A stretch of DNA of 64,000 nt from Pseudomonadota bacterium (GCA_040388215.1 JAZKCH010000015.1:17771-81770); one strand, 5' to 3'; numbered from the stretch's first letter, positions 38,125 through 47,569 are shown. Translations and numbers: made by a program. The notes: generated by a model from the sequence alone, not told the origin.

Positions 38125-39554
38125 TCGACCGCCGGATGCTCATCGCGGGCGCTGCGGCGCTCGGTGTCGCGGGACCGCTGCGGGCGGCCGCACCGTCGTT
38201 CGTCAGCAAGCGCCCGAAGCTTGGTGATCGTCGCTACACCAGTCGCGCGGTCGAGGCGGAGATCGCGCGCGTGTCGGCGAAGGTCGCCGATCCCGAACTC
38301 GCCTGGATGTTTGGCAATTGCTACCCGAACACGCTCGACACGACGGTGTTCATGGGTGTGGTCGACGGTAAGCCCGACGCGTTCGTGATCACCGGCGACA
38401 TCGACTGCATGTGGCTGCGCGACAGCTCGGCGCAGGTCCATCCGTACCTCCCGCTGGCGAAGCGCGACCCGGCGTTGCGGACGCTGTTTCGCGGGCTGAT
38501 CGCGCGGCAGGCGCGGTGCATCCTGATCGATCCGTACGCCAACGCGTTCATGCACGACCCGTCGGCGAAGACCAACCTGAGCTGGTCGCTGACCGACGAC
38601 ACGGTGATGAAGCCGGGCGTCGGCGAGCGCAAATGGGAGGTTGACTCGCTCTGCTACCCGATGTGGATCGCGCATGCCTATTGGCAGGCGACCGGCGACA
38701 CCGTGCCGTTCGACGCGCTGTGGGCGGACGGCGCGCGCGCGTCGATCCGGACGTTCCGCGAGCAGCAGCGCAAGGACAGGCCGGGCCCGTATCGCTTTCG
38801 TCGCTCTTCGCCGATCGTCGGCGAGAGCATGGCGCTCGACGGCTATGGTCCGCCGTCGCGCCCGGTCGGGCTGATCCATTGCGGGTTCCGGCCGTCGGAC
38901 GATGCGTGCGTGCTCCCGTTCCTGATCCCGTCGAACATCTTCGCGGTCCGTGCGCTGCGCCAACTGGCGGAACTCGCGACGCGCGCGCGGCCCGACGCGG
39001 CGCTGGCGGCGGATGCGAGCGCGCTGGCCGACGAGGTCGAGGCGGCGTTGCGGTTGCATGGGCTGACCAAGGGGCCGGATGGCCAGCCGGTCTGGGCGTA
39101 TGAGGTCGATGGATACGGCAACGCGATCTTCATGGACGACGCCAATGTGCCGAGCCTCTCGGGGCTGGCGTATCTCGGTGCGGTGAAGGCCGACGATCCG
39201 CTCTGGCGGCGCACCGCGGCGCGCGCGTGGAGCAAGGACAACGCGTATTTCTTCACCGGCAAGGCGGCGGAGGGGATCGGCAGTCCGCATACGGGCTTGC
39301 GTGAGATCTGGCCGATGTCGATTGTGATGCACGCGTTGAACGCGCTCGAGACGGGCGACGACGCGACCGTCGCGCGGTCGCTGGCGGCGCTCAAATCGAC
39401 GCATGGCGGGACCGGGTTCATGCATGAATCCTTCAATCAGGACGACGGCGCGAAGTTCACGCGGTCGTGGTTCGCCTGGGCCAACGGGCTGTTCGGCGAG
39501 CTGATCGTCGACATCGCCGCCAAAAATCCCGCCCTTCTCGGAGTCCGCGCATGA
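38121..39554 (+). CDS. GH125 exo-alpha-1,6-mannosidase
   Basis: Tat signal DRRMLI; TGDIDCMWLRDS, ERKWEVDSLC, MDDANVPSL, MHESF and FAWAN motifs. Confidence 0.93.
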   Translation: MIDRRMLIAGAAALGVAGPLRAAAPSFVSKRPKLGDRRYTSRAVEAEIARVSAKVADPELAWMFGNCYPNTLDTTVFMGVVDGKPDAFVITGDIDCMWLRDSSAQVHPYLPLAKRDPALRTLFRGLIARQARCILIDPYANAFMHDPSAKTNLSWSLTDDTVMKPGVGERKWEVDSLCYPMWIAHAYWQATGDTVPFDALWADGARASIRTFREQQRKDRPGPYRFRRSSPIVGESMALDGYGPPSRPVGLIHCGFRPSDDACVLPFLIPSNIFAVRALRQLAELATRARPDAALAADASALADEVEAALRLHGLTKGPDGQPVWAYEVDGYGNAIFMDDANVPSLSGLAYLGAVKADDPLWRRTAARAWSKDNAYFFTGKAAEGIGSPHTGLREIWPMSIVMHALNALETGDDATVARSLAALKSTHGGTGFMHESFNQDDGAKFTRSWFAWANGLFGELIVDIAAKNPALLGVRA

Positions 39555-41866
39555 CCATCACTCGCCGTATGCTCCTCGCCGGGAGCGGTGCGCTCGCGCT
39601 GACCGCGCGCGCGACGTTTGCCGCCACGCCGCGCGGGCAGCAGACTGCACCCGATCTGTTCGTTGGCACCGGTGGTCATGGCCATACCTATCCGGGCGCG
39701 ACGCTGCCGTTCGGGATGGTGCAACTTAGCCCCGATACCGATGTCGAGCGCTGGGATGCGTGCTCGGGCTATCACCGCACCGACACGTCGATCATGGGGT
39801 TCAGTCATACGCATCTGTCGGGCACCGGGATCGGCGACATGCTCGACGTGCTGGTGGTGCCGACGCGTGGGCCGGTGCAGCTGACGCCGGGCACGCTCGC
39901 TGATCCGGATGCGGGGTATCGCCAGCGCTTCTCCGCCGAACATGCCGAGCCGGGCTATTACCGCGTGACGCTGGAATCGGGCGTGCGCGCGGAGCTGACC
40001 GTGACCGAGCGAACCGGCATCCAGCGGCATGTGTTTCCGGCTGGCGCGGGGCACATCCTCGTGAACCTATCGCACCTGGTGCTCGACAAGACCGACAAGG
40101 GCGTGCTGATCGACGATGCGTCGCTGAACATCGACGAGACCGGCATGCTGACCGGCAGCCGCCGCGTGTTCCGCTGGGCGAAGGGGCGGCGGATCCACTT
40201 CGCGATGCAGGTGTCGCGCAAGCCCGACCGGATCGTCTTCTACGGCGATGGCGACGTCGCGCAGTCTGCGGGCGCGAAGGGCGTTGCGGGCAAGCGCGTC
40301 AAGGCGGTGCTGCATTACGACGACGCTGGCGCTGCGCCGATCATGATCCGCACGGGAATCTCCGCGGTCGACGTTGCCGGCGCGCGCGCGAACCTTGCGG
40401 CGGAGGCGCGGCATTGGGATTTCGATCGCTACCGTGCCGATGCGACCAAAAGCTGGGCGCCCGCGCTCGCCGCCGTCAGCGTCGAGGGTGGCACGCCGGC
40501 GCAGCGCACGATCATGGCGAGCGCGCTGTACCATGCACAGCTCGCACCGACGCTCTTCTCGGATGTCGACGGGCGCTATGTCGGGCTCGACCGGCAGATC
40601 CACACGGTGACCGGCAAGGACCGTGCGTATAGTTCGTATTCGATGTGGGACACGTATCGCGCGCTGCATCCGCTGCTCACGCTGATCGAGCCCGAGCGGA
40701 CCGCCGAGCTCGTCGGCGACCTGATCCGGCAGACGCAGCAGAGCCCGTACGGCCCGCCGGTCTGGCCTTTGCAGGGCGTCGAGACGGGGTGCATGATCGG
40801 CTGGCATTCGGTGTCGGTGATGGCCGAGGCGCGCGTCAAGGGTGTGCCGGCGAACTACGCCGCGGCATGGCCGAACGTGCGCCGCCGCTCGTTCGATTTC
40901 GCGATGCCTACGATGGACAACAGCCTCGGGATCAAGCCGTACGACACGATGGGCTACATCCCCGCCGACACGGTGTTCGAGTCGGTCTCGCGCACGCTCG
41001 AATATGCGTATGACGATTACGCGTCGGCGCATTTGGCCGATGCGGCGGGCGCGAGTGCCGATGCCGCGCGGTTGCGCAAGCGGAGTGGGAACTGGCGCAA
41101 CGTGTTCGATGCGTCGATCGGGTTCGCGCGGCCGAAGCTCGCGAACGGGACATGGACCACGCCGTACGATCCGATCGCGCTCGGCCATGCGTCGAAGTGG
41201 CGCGATTATACCGAGAGCAATGGCTGGCAGGCGACGTTCCTCAACCAGCACGACGTCTACGGCCTGATCGCGGCGATGGGCGGCGATGCGAAGTTCGAGG
41301 CGAAGCTCGACGGGCTGTTCAACGCGCCGTCGATCTTGCCGAAGGACGCGCCGCCCGACATCTCCGGGCTGGTCGGGCAATATGCGCACGGCAACGAGCC
41401 GAGCCACCACGTCGCGTATATGTATGCGTATTGTGGCGCGGCTTGGAAGACTCAAGGCATGGTCCGGCGGCTGCTGACCGAGATGTACAAGGACGATCCC
41501 GACGGCATCATTGGCAACGACGATTGCGGGCAGATGAGCGCGTGGTTCGTGCTGAGCGCGCTCGGCCTGTACCCGGTCGATCCGGTGAGCGCGAATTATG
41601 TGCTGGGATCGCCGCTGTTCGAGCGGGCGGAGATGCGCGTCGGCGCAGGCCGGACTCTCGTCGTCGAGGCGCGCGGCAATGCGGCGGATCGGCCGTATGT
41701 GCAGTCGGTTACGTGGAACGGCCGGCCTTGGACAAAGAGCTGGATCGCGCATGCCGATATCGTGCGCGGTGGCCAGCTCGTGTTCGAGATGGGCGCGACG
41801 CCCAACCGTGATTTTGGCCGCGCGCCTGCCGATCGGCCGCCAGCAACCACCGGAGTTTCGCGATGA
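39551..41866 (+). CDS. GH92 alpha-mannosidase
   Basis: Tat signal TRRMLL; GHTYPGA, QLSPDT, HTHLSGTG, HGNEPSHH and GNDDCGQMSAW motifs. Confidence 0.94.
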   Translation: MTITRRMLLAGSGALALTARATFAATPRGQQTAPDLFVGTGGHGHTYPGATLPFGMVQLSPDTDVERWDACSGYHRTDTSIMGFSHTHLSGTGIGDMLDVLVVPTRGPVQLTPGTLADPDAGYRQRFSAEHAEPGYYRVTLESGVRAELTVTERTGIQRHVFPAGAGHILVNLSHLVLDKTDKGVLIDDASLNIDETGMLTGSRRVFRWAKGRRIHFAMQVSRKPDRIVFYGDGDVAQSAGAKGVAGKRVKAVLHYDDAGAAPIMIRTGISAVDVAGARANLAAEARHWDFDRYRADATKSWAPALAAVSVEGGTPAQRTIMASALYHAQLAPTLFSDVDGRYVGLDRQIHTVTGKDRAYSSYSMWDTYRALHPLLTLIEPERTAELVGDLIRQTQQSPYGPPVWPLQGVETGCMIGWHSVSVMAEARVKGVPANYAAAWPNVRRRSFDFAMPTMDNSLGIKPYDTMGYIPADTVFESVSRTLEYAYDDYASAHLADAAGASADAARLRKRSGNWRNVFDASIGFARPKLANGTWTTPYDPIALGHASKWRDYTESNGWQATFLNQHDVYGLIAAMGGDAKFEAKLDGLFNAPSILPKDAPPDISGLVGQYAHGNEPSHHVAYMYAYCGAAWKTQGMVRRLLTEMYKDDPDGIIGNDDCGQMSAWFVLSALGLYPVDPVSANYVLGSPLFERAEMRVGAGRTLVVEARGNAADRPYVQSVTWNGRPWTKSWIAHADIVRGGQLVFEMGATPNRDFGRAPADRPPATTGVSR

Positions 41867-43854
41867 CCTTGGATCTCAATCGCCGCGCGTTGATCGCCGG
41901 TACGCTCGCTACTGCCGCTGCCGGTCGTGCGAACGCCGCGGCCCCGGTCGGTGCGCCCGTCCCCTGGGGTGCGACGCCAAGCGTCCGACAGCTCGCTTGG
42001 CATAAGCGCGAGCGCTACGGCTTCGTTCACTTCACGCTGAACACCTGGACCGACAAGGAATGGGGCTATGGCGACGAGGATCCCAAGCTGTTCGACCCGA
42101 CCGCGTTCGATCCGGACCAGATCGTCGCGGCGGCGAAAAGCGCGGGGCTGACCGGGCTCGTCCTGACTGCCAAGCATCATGACGGTTTCTGCCTCTGGCC
42201 GACCAGGCTCACCGAGCATTGCATCCGCAACAGCCCGTACAAGGGCGGCAAGGGCGATATCGTCCGCGAACTGGGCGATGCGTGCCGGCGCGGCGGGATG
42301 TCCTACGGCCTGTATCTGTCGCCGTGGGATCGCAACCGCGCCGACTATGGCACACCCGCGTACGTCGAGTATTTCCGCGCGCAGCTGACCGATCTCTGCA
42401 CCAATTACGGCGAACTGTTCGAAGTGTGGTTCGACGGCGCGAACGGCGGCGACGGCTATTATGGCGGCGCGCGCGAGGCGCGGAAGATCGATGCGCCAAA
42501 ATATTACAACTGGCCGTCGATCATCGCGCTGGTCCACAAATTGCAGCCGATGGCGTGCACGTTCGACCCGCTCGGCGCTGACATCCGCTGGGTCGGCAAC
42601 GAGGATGGGCACGCGGGCGATCCGTGCTGGCCGACGATGCCGAACCATCCGTATGTGCAGGCCGAGGGCAATTCCGGCGTGCGCGGTGCGCCACTCTGGT
42701 GGCCGGCTGAGACGAACACGTCGATCCGTCCCGGCTGGTTCTATCATGCCGACGAGGACCTCCAGGTGAAGTCGCCGCAGCGGCTGATGCAGTTCCACGA
42801 CGAGTCGGTCGGGCGCGGCACCAACATGATGCTCAACCTGCCGCCCGATCGTCGCGGGCTGATCGCGGAGCCCGATCTCGCGTCGCTCAAATCGTTCGGC
42901 GATGCGTTGCGGGCGAGCTTCAGGACCGATCTGGCCAAGGGTGCAGTGGCGAGCGGACCGTCGCGCGGGGCCCGGTTTGCGCCGGCCAATGTGCTCGACG
43001 GCAATCCCGAGACGTACTGGAGCACGCCCGATGCGGTGAAGACGCCGTCGCTGGTGCTCGACCTGCCGCCCGGGCGCCGGTTCGACCTGATCCGGATCCG
43101 CGAGGCGCTCGACCTCGGCGTACGCGTGACGAAGTTCGCGATCGATGTGGCCGATGCCAAGGGCGCGTGGCGCGAGGTCGCGGTGCACGAGTGCATCGGT
43201 GCGCAGCGGATCATCCGCCTGCCCGAGCCGGTGACCGCGCGGCGCGTGCGGCTGCGGATCGTCGAGGCACCGGCGTGCCCGGCGATCACCGAGCTGTCGC
43301 TGTTCCTGAGCGTCGCGCCGGTCGCGGTCGCGGCGTCGCAGGCGACGGGCAACAAGATCATCTCGAAGACCGGGTGGACGATCGCCGGTGCGATCCAGCA
43401 CACCATAGCGATGAAGGCGGGCAAGCCGGATTTCGCGGCCGAGACATCGCTGGCGGGTGTGGTCAAGCCCGGATTGCCCGGTGCGGAGGCGGTGCTCGAC
43501 GACGATCTCGCGACCGTCTGGACGACGCCCGCGCCGACGCCGACGAGCATCGTGATGCTGATGATCGACATGGGCAAGGCGGACCAGGTCGCGGGGTTCA
43601 GCCTGACGCCGACGCGGCAGGCCTTGCCCGATGCCGGCCCGCCGGGGCGCTACCGCGTCGAGACGAGCGAGGACGGCAAGACCTGGACGCCGGCGAGCGA
43701 GGGTGAGTTCGGCAACATCGCCTATGCGCGTGCCACGCAGCGCATCACCTTCGCGCAGGCCCGAAAGGCGCGGTACCTGATGCTCGGCTTCACGACGGTC
43801 GCGACCGCGCAGCCGAAGATGGCGATCGCTGGTATCGGTGCGTTTCGGCCGTAA
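41863..43854 (+). CDS. GH29 alpha-L-fucosidase (alpha-1,3/4, GH29B-like) with two F5/8 type C-like domains
   Basis: Tat signal NRRALI; TAKHHDGFCLW, YLSPWDR, VWFDGA and SIRPGWFYH motifs. Confidence 0.93.
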   Translation: MTLDLNRRALIAGTLATAAAGRANAAAPVGAPVPWGATPSVRQLAWHKRERYGFVHFTLNTWTDKEWGYGDEDPKLFDPTAFDPDQIVAAAKSAGLTGLVLTAKHHDGFCLWPTRLTEHCIRNSPYKGGKGDIVRELGDACRRGGMSYGLYLSPWDRNRADYGTPAYVEYFRAQLTDLCTNYGELFEVWFDGANGGDGYYGGAREARKIDAPKYYNWPSIIALVHKLQPMACTFDPLGADIRWVGNEDGHAGDPCWPTMPNHPYVQAEGNSGVRGAPLWWPAETNTSIRPGWFYHADEDLQVKSPQRLMQFHDESVGRGTNMMLNLPPDRRGLIAEPDLASLKSFGDALRASFRTDLAKGAVASGPSRGARFAPANVLDGNPETYWSTPDAVKTPSLVLDLPPGRRFDLIRIREALDLGVRVTKFAIDVADAKGAWREVAVHECIGAQRIIRLPEPVTARRVRLRIVEAPACPAITELSLFLSVAPVAVAASQATGNKIISKTGWTIAGAIQHTIAMKAGKPDFAAETSLAGVVKPGLPGAEAVLDDDLATVWTTPAPTPTSIVMLMIDMGKADQVAGFSLTPTRQALPDAGPPGRYRVETSEDGKTWTPASEGEFGNIAYARATQRITFAQARKARYLMLGFTTVATAQPKMAIAGIGAFRP

Positions 43855-43868
43855 GCTGCCGATCTCGA

Positions 43869-43990
43869 TCCTCCCCCGCCAGGGGGAGGTGGCGCCGAAG
43901 GTGACGGAGGGGGAGGATACGGAACGGCTGTTCTCCTTTCCTCCCCCTCCGTCTGGCAAGTGCCAGACACCTCCCCCTGGCGGGGGAGGA
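43869..43990. repeat. ~120-bp nested palindromic intergenic element (RIME/CIR-like)
   Basis: Outer perfect 23-bp inverted repeat TCCTCCCCCGCCAGGGGGAGGTG; inner 15-bp inverted repeat GACGGAGGGGGAGGA; shares GGCACTTGCCAGACGGAGGGG (inverted) with 59417-59533. Confidence 0.85.
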
Positions 43991-44061
43991 TGAGAGGAGG
44001 GGCTGGGCTAGCCGGCTCCGATCGGGCATGGCTCCCCGCGGTAGGACGGGTGAGCGAACAG

Positions 44062-45456
44062 ATGGACGAGCGTACGACGATGCCGCGGATTGCGGGTCCC
44101 GAGGATCATGTCGTGGTCGTCGGTGGCGGGTTCTCCGGCGCGCTCTTCGCGGTCAATTTGATGCGGCATGACGGCCCGCGCGTGACGCTGATCGAGCGGC
44201 GCGGTCGGCAGCTCGCGCGCGGCGTCGCCTACAGCGCGGCGCATCCGGATCACCTGCTCAACGTCCGCGCGGGCAACATGAGCGCGCTGCCCGACGATCC
44301 CGATCACTTCGTTCGTTGGCTGGAGGCGCACGGCAAGGGCGACCGCAAGACTTTCGTCCCGCGCACCACCTACGGCGCGTATCTTCGCGAATTGCTCGAT
44401 GCGGCGATCGCGGACTCGGACGGCCGGCTGGTGCATGTTGAGGGCGAGGTCTGTGCGATCGAGCCGGTCGAAGGCGACGGCGTCACGCTGACGATGGCGG
44501 ACGGGCGCAAGATCGCCGCCGATACCGCCGTGCTCGCGCTCGGCAATCTGCCACCGCATACGCCGCCGGGTCTGAAACCCGAGGCCTTGCCGGCCGGCGT
44601 CTATTGCGCGGACCCGTGGGCGGCCGATCTCGCCGAGGGACTTGGCGCGGACGATACCGTCGTGCTGGTCGGTACCGGGCTGACCGCGATCGACGCAGCG
44701 CTTTTGCTCGATGCGCAGGGATTTGCAGGCCACATCCTCGCCACCTCGCGGCGCGGGCTGTCGCCGCGGCGGCACGTCGATGGCGCGCCTGCGCACCGGG
44801 GCGTTTCCGACAAGCCGCAAGGCGGGCTGACCGATCTTGTCCGCCATGTTCGCGCGCGGACCGAAGAGGGCGGCTGGCGCGCGGCGGTCGACGAACTTCG
44901 CCCCGTTACGCAAATGCTCTGGTCGGCGGCGTCGCAGGAATTGCGCGGGCGCTTCCTGCGGCATCTGCGGCCCTATTGGGATGTCCACCGCCATCGCCTC
45001 GCGCCGGCCGTCGCCGACCGGGTCGAGGCGCTCGTCGCGAGCGGGCGACTGACCTTTGCGGCGGGGAAGATCGTGTCCGCCGAGGCCGATGGAGCGCACG
45101 CAAATCTGACTTGGCGACCGCGTGGGGAAACCGATCCGGTCGTCACGCATGCCGCGCGGATCGTGAACTGCACCGGTCCGCAGGGCGATCTATTGCGCTC
45201 CGAGGAGCCGCTCGTGAAGCACCTGCTCGCCGCGGGCGCGATCCGGCCCGATCCGCTCAGGCTCGGCGTCGACGTCGATGCTCAGTCGCGGGCGATCCGC
45301 GCTGACGGCACACCCGACGACCGCATCCACTGCATCGGCCCGATGACCCGCGGCGGGCTGTGGGAAGTCGTCGCGGTGCCCGACATCCGCGTCCAGAGCT
45401 GGGATCTTGCGCGCCGCCTGTCCAACGCGCAATGGGTCGGCGGCGAAGGACTTTGA
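44062..45456 (+). CDS. FAD/NAD(P)-binding oxidoreductase (PF13454-like)
   Basis: VVVGGGFSG Rossmann motif, RGVAYS, LLNVRAGNMS, LVGTGLTAIDA and VNCTGP. The start is at 44062 or 44080; the ORF-track start at 43960 lies inside the repeat. Confidence 0.85.
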   Translation: MDERTTMPRIAGPEDHVVVVGGGFSGALFAVNLMRHDGPRVTLIERRGRQLARGVAYSAAHPDHLLNVRAGNMSALPDDPDHFVRWLEAHGKGDRKTFVPRTTYGAYLRELLDAAIADSDGRLVHVEGEVCAIEPVEGDGVTLTMADGRKIAADTAVLALGNLPPHTPPGLKPEALPAGVYCADPWAADLAEGLGADDTVVLVGTGLTAIDAALLLDAQGFAGHILATSRRGLSPRRHVDGAPAHRGVSDKPQGGLTDLVRHVRARTEEGGWRAAVDELRPVTQMLWSAASQELRGRFLRHLRPYWDVHRHRLAPAVADRVEALVASGRLTFAAGKIVSAEADGAHANLTWRPRGETDPVVTHAARIVNCTGPQGDLLRSEEPLVKHLLAAGAIRPDPLRLGVDVDAQSRAIRADGTPDDRIHCIGPMTRGGLWEVVAVPDIRVQSWDLARRLSNAQWVGGEGL

Positions 45457-46580
45457 CCGCGGTCCGGCGCTTTTTTGCGGGCGATGCGGCGGGCGCCATC
45501 GTGCTGCTCGCCGCAACAATCGCGGCGCTGCTTGTCGCCAATTCACCGCTCGCGCCGGCCTATTTCGCGACGCTCCACCACGAAGTCGCCGGTCTGAGCG
45601 TCCATCACTGGATCGACGACGGCGCGATGGCGCTGTTCTTCCTGCTGATCGGGCTGGAGGTGAAGAGCGAGTTCGTCTCGGGGCATCTGTCGACCTGGGG
45701 GGAGCGGATCCTGCCGGGTGCGGCGGCGCTCGCGGGGATGGTGGTGCCGGCGTGTATCTACCTGCTGGTCAACGTCGGTACGCCGGAAAACCTGCGCGGC
45801 TGGGCGATCCCGGCGGCGACCGACATCGCGTTCGCGCTCGGCATCCTGGCCTTGCTCGGATCGCGCGTGCCGACCTCGTTGAAGATACTGCTGACCGCGA
45901 TCGCGGTGATCGACGACCTACTCGCGATCCTCGTCATTGCGGTGTTCTATACCGGCCATATCGCGCTGTTGCCGTTGCTTGGCGCGGGCGTGGGGCTTGG
46001 CGTGCTCGTCATCCTGAACCTGTCGGGGGTGCGGTCGCTGGTGCCCTACCTGCTGATCGGGGTCGGGATCTGGTACGGCGTCCTGCTGTCGGGCGTCCAT
46101 GCGACGCTCGCCGGCGTGGCGGTCGCGTTGACGATCCCGCTGCGGACGGGAGAGGGGCAACCACCGCTCAAACGCCTCGAACACGCGCTCCAGCCCTGGT
46201 CGAGTTTCCTGATCGTGCCGGCGTTCGGGTTCGCCAATGCCGGCATCGCGTTCGGCGGGATGGTGGCGGATGACGTCGTGTCCCCGCTGCCGCTCGGGAT
46301 CATGCTCGGGCTGTTCCTCGGCAAGCAGATCGGCATCTTCGCCACCATCCGTGGGCTCGTGACGGTCCGGCTGGCCGAGGCGCCCCGAAACGCGAGTTGG
46401 GCGCAGGTTTACGGCATGGCGGTGCTGTGCGGAATCGGGTTCACGATGAGCCTGTTCATCGGCGGACTTGCGTTCGCGGACGCGCCGCACGCACTGGATT
46501 CGGTCAAGATCGGCGTGTTTGCCGGCTCGATCCTGTCGGGCGTCGCGGGCTGGCTGATTCTTCGCCGCACCGCACCATAA
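45453..46580 (+). CDS. nhaA: Na+/H+ antiporter NhaA
   Basis: TTG start overlapping the upstream TGA; WIDDGAMALFFLLIGLEVK, GWAIPAATDIAFALG, AVIDDL, GLFLGKQIG and CGIGFTMSLFI motifs. Confidence 0.93.
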   Translation: MTAVRRFFAGDAAGAIVLLAATIAALLVANSPLAPAYFATLHHEVAGLSVHHWIDDGAMALFFLLIGLEVKSEFVSGHLSTWGERILPGAAALAGMVVPACIYLLVNVGTPENLRGWAIPAATDIAFALGILALLGSRVPTSLKILLTAIAVIDDLLAILVIAVFYTGHIALLPLLGAGVGLGVLVILNLSGVRSLVPYLLIGVGIWYGVLLSGVHATLAGVAVALTIPLRTGEGQPPLKRLEHALQPWSSFLIVPAFGFANAGIAFGGMVADDVVSPLPLGIMLGLFLGKQIGIFATIRGLVTVRLAEAPRNASWAQVYGMAVLCGIGFTMSLFIGGLAFADAPHALDSVKIGVFAGSILSGVAGWLILRRTAP

Positions 46581-46591
46581 TTCCGACAATA

Positions 46592-46613
46592 CTACGCGAA
46601 ACATACGCGTAAG
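46592..46613 (+). promoter_or_regulatory. 11-bp-period direct repeat; candidate KdpE (OmpR-family) box
   Basis: CTACGCGAAAC-ATACGCGTAAG (8/11), about 100 nt upstream of torF-kdp. Confidence 0.4.
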
Positions 46614-46709
46614 CCCGGCAATCGATCTCGAATTGCTACGTCGCCGGAGCCTAATTGCCAGTCCTCGCGAACCGCCCATCCTTCCGGCGGCGCGCGCATG
46701 GGGACCGCA

Positions 46710-47558
46710 ATGCACATTCTTCGTTTCACCGCCGCCGCCGGACTTCTCGCCGGTATCGCTACGCCCGCGTTCGCGCAGGATACCGCGCCGCCTTCGCCCG
46801 TCACCGTCAGCGGTTCGGTGACGCTCGCGACCGATTACCGTCTGCGCGGCGTGTCGCAGTCGGACAAGGACGGCGCGATCCAGGGCGGGGTGACGATCGC
46901 GCACGAGAGCGGCGTGTATGTCGGCGCCTGGGGCTCGAACCTGTCGGGCTGGGGGACGTTCGGCGGCTCGAACATGGAGCTCGACCTGATCGGCGGCTAC
47001 AAACACAAGCTCAGCCCCAGCGCGACGATCGACGTCGGGCTGACCTGGTACATGTATCCGGGCGGCGCCTCGAAGACCGACTATGCCGAGCCCTATGTGA
47101 AGCTCAGCGGCACGACCGGCCCGGCGACGCTGACCGCGAGCGCGTTCTATGCGCCCAAGCAGCAGGCGCTCGGCAAATGGTATCGCACCGGCGCCGACGC
47201 TGCGGCGGGCATCTATACGGACGCGGGCGACAAGGAGGACAATCTCTACCTCACCGGCGACGGCGCCTACGCGATCGCGGGCACTCCGATCACCGCCAAG
47301 GCGCATATCGGCCACAGCAGGGGCAATGACGGCCTCGGTCCCAATGCCACCAGCGCGGCGGCTACCGGCAGCTACTGGGATTGGTCGCTGGGTGCGGACA
47401 CTACGTATAAAAATCTGACGCTGAACGTGAGCTACATCGACACCGACATCACGCGTCGCAGTGCAGCGTATCTCCAGCCGAGCTTCTCCCGCGGACAGGA
47501 CGGCACCGGATCGATCGCCGACGGCACGATTGTCGCCTCCCTAACCGCCGCCTTCTGA
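46710..47558 (+). CDS. TorF-family (TIGR02001) putative outer-membrane porin
   Basis: Sec signal ending AFAQD; TDYRLRGVSQS, GAWGSN and ELDLIGGY motifs; C-terminal SLTAAF. The ATG at 46698 is an alternative start. Confidence 0.88.
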   Translation: MHILRFTAAAGLLAGIATPAFAQDTAPPSPVTVSGSVTLATDYRLRGVSQSDKDGAIQGGVTIAHESGVYVGAWGSNLSGWGTFGGSNMELDLIGGYKHKLSPSATIDVGLTWYMYPGGASKTDYAEPYVKLSGTTGPATLTASAFYAPKQQALGKWYRTGADAAAGIYTDAGDKEDNLYLTGDGAYAIAGTPITAKAHIGHSRGNDGLGPNATSAAATGSYWDWSLGADTTYKNLTLNVSYIDTDITRRSAAYLQPSFSRGQDGTGSIADGTIVASLTAAF

Positions 47559-47569
47559 AGGATCGACCG

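Noticed and set aside
43960-44061. Apparent third in-frame repeat insertion at the oxidoreductase N-terminus
   Set aside because: The ORF-track GTG start is inside the intergenic palindrome and there is no coupling evidence. Downstream ATGs (44062, 44080) precede the Rossmann motif, so the repeat is probably not translated.
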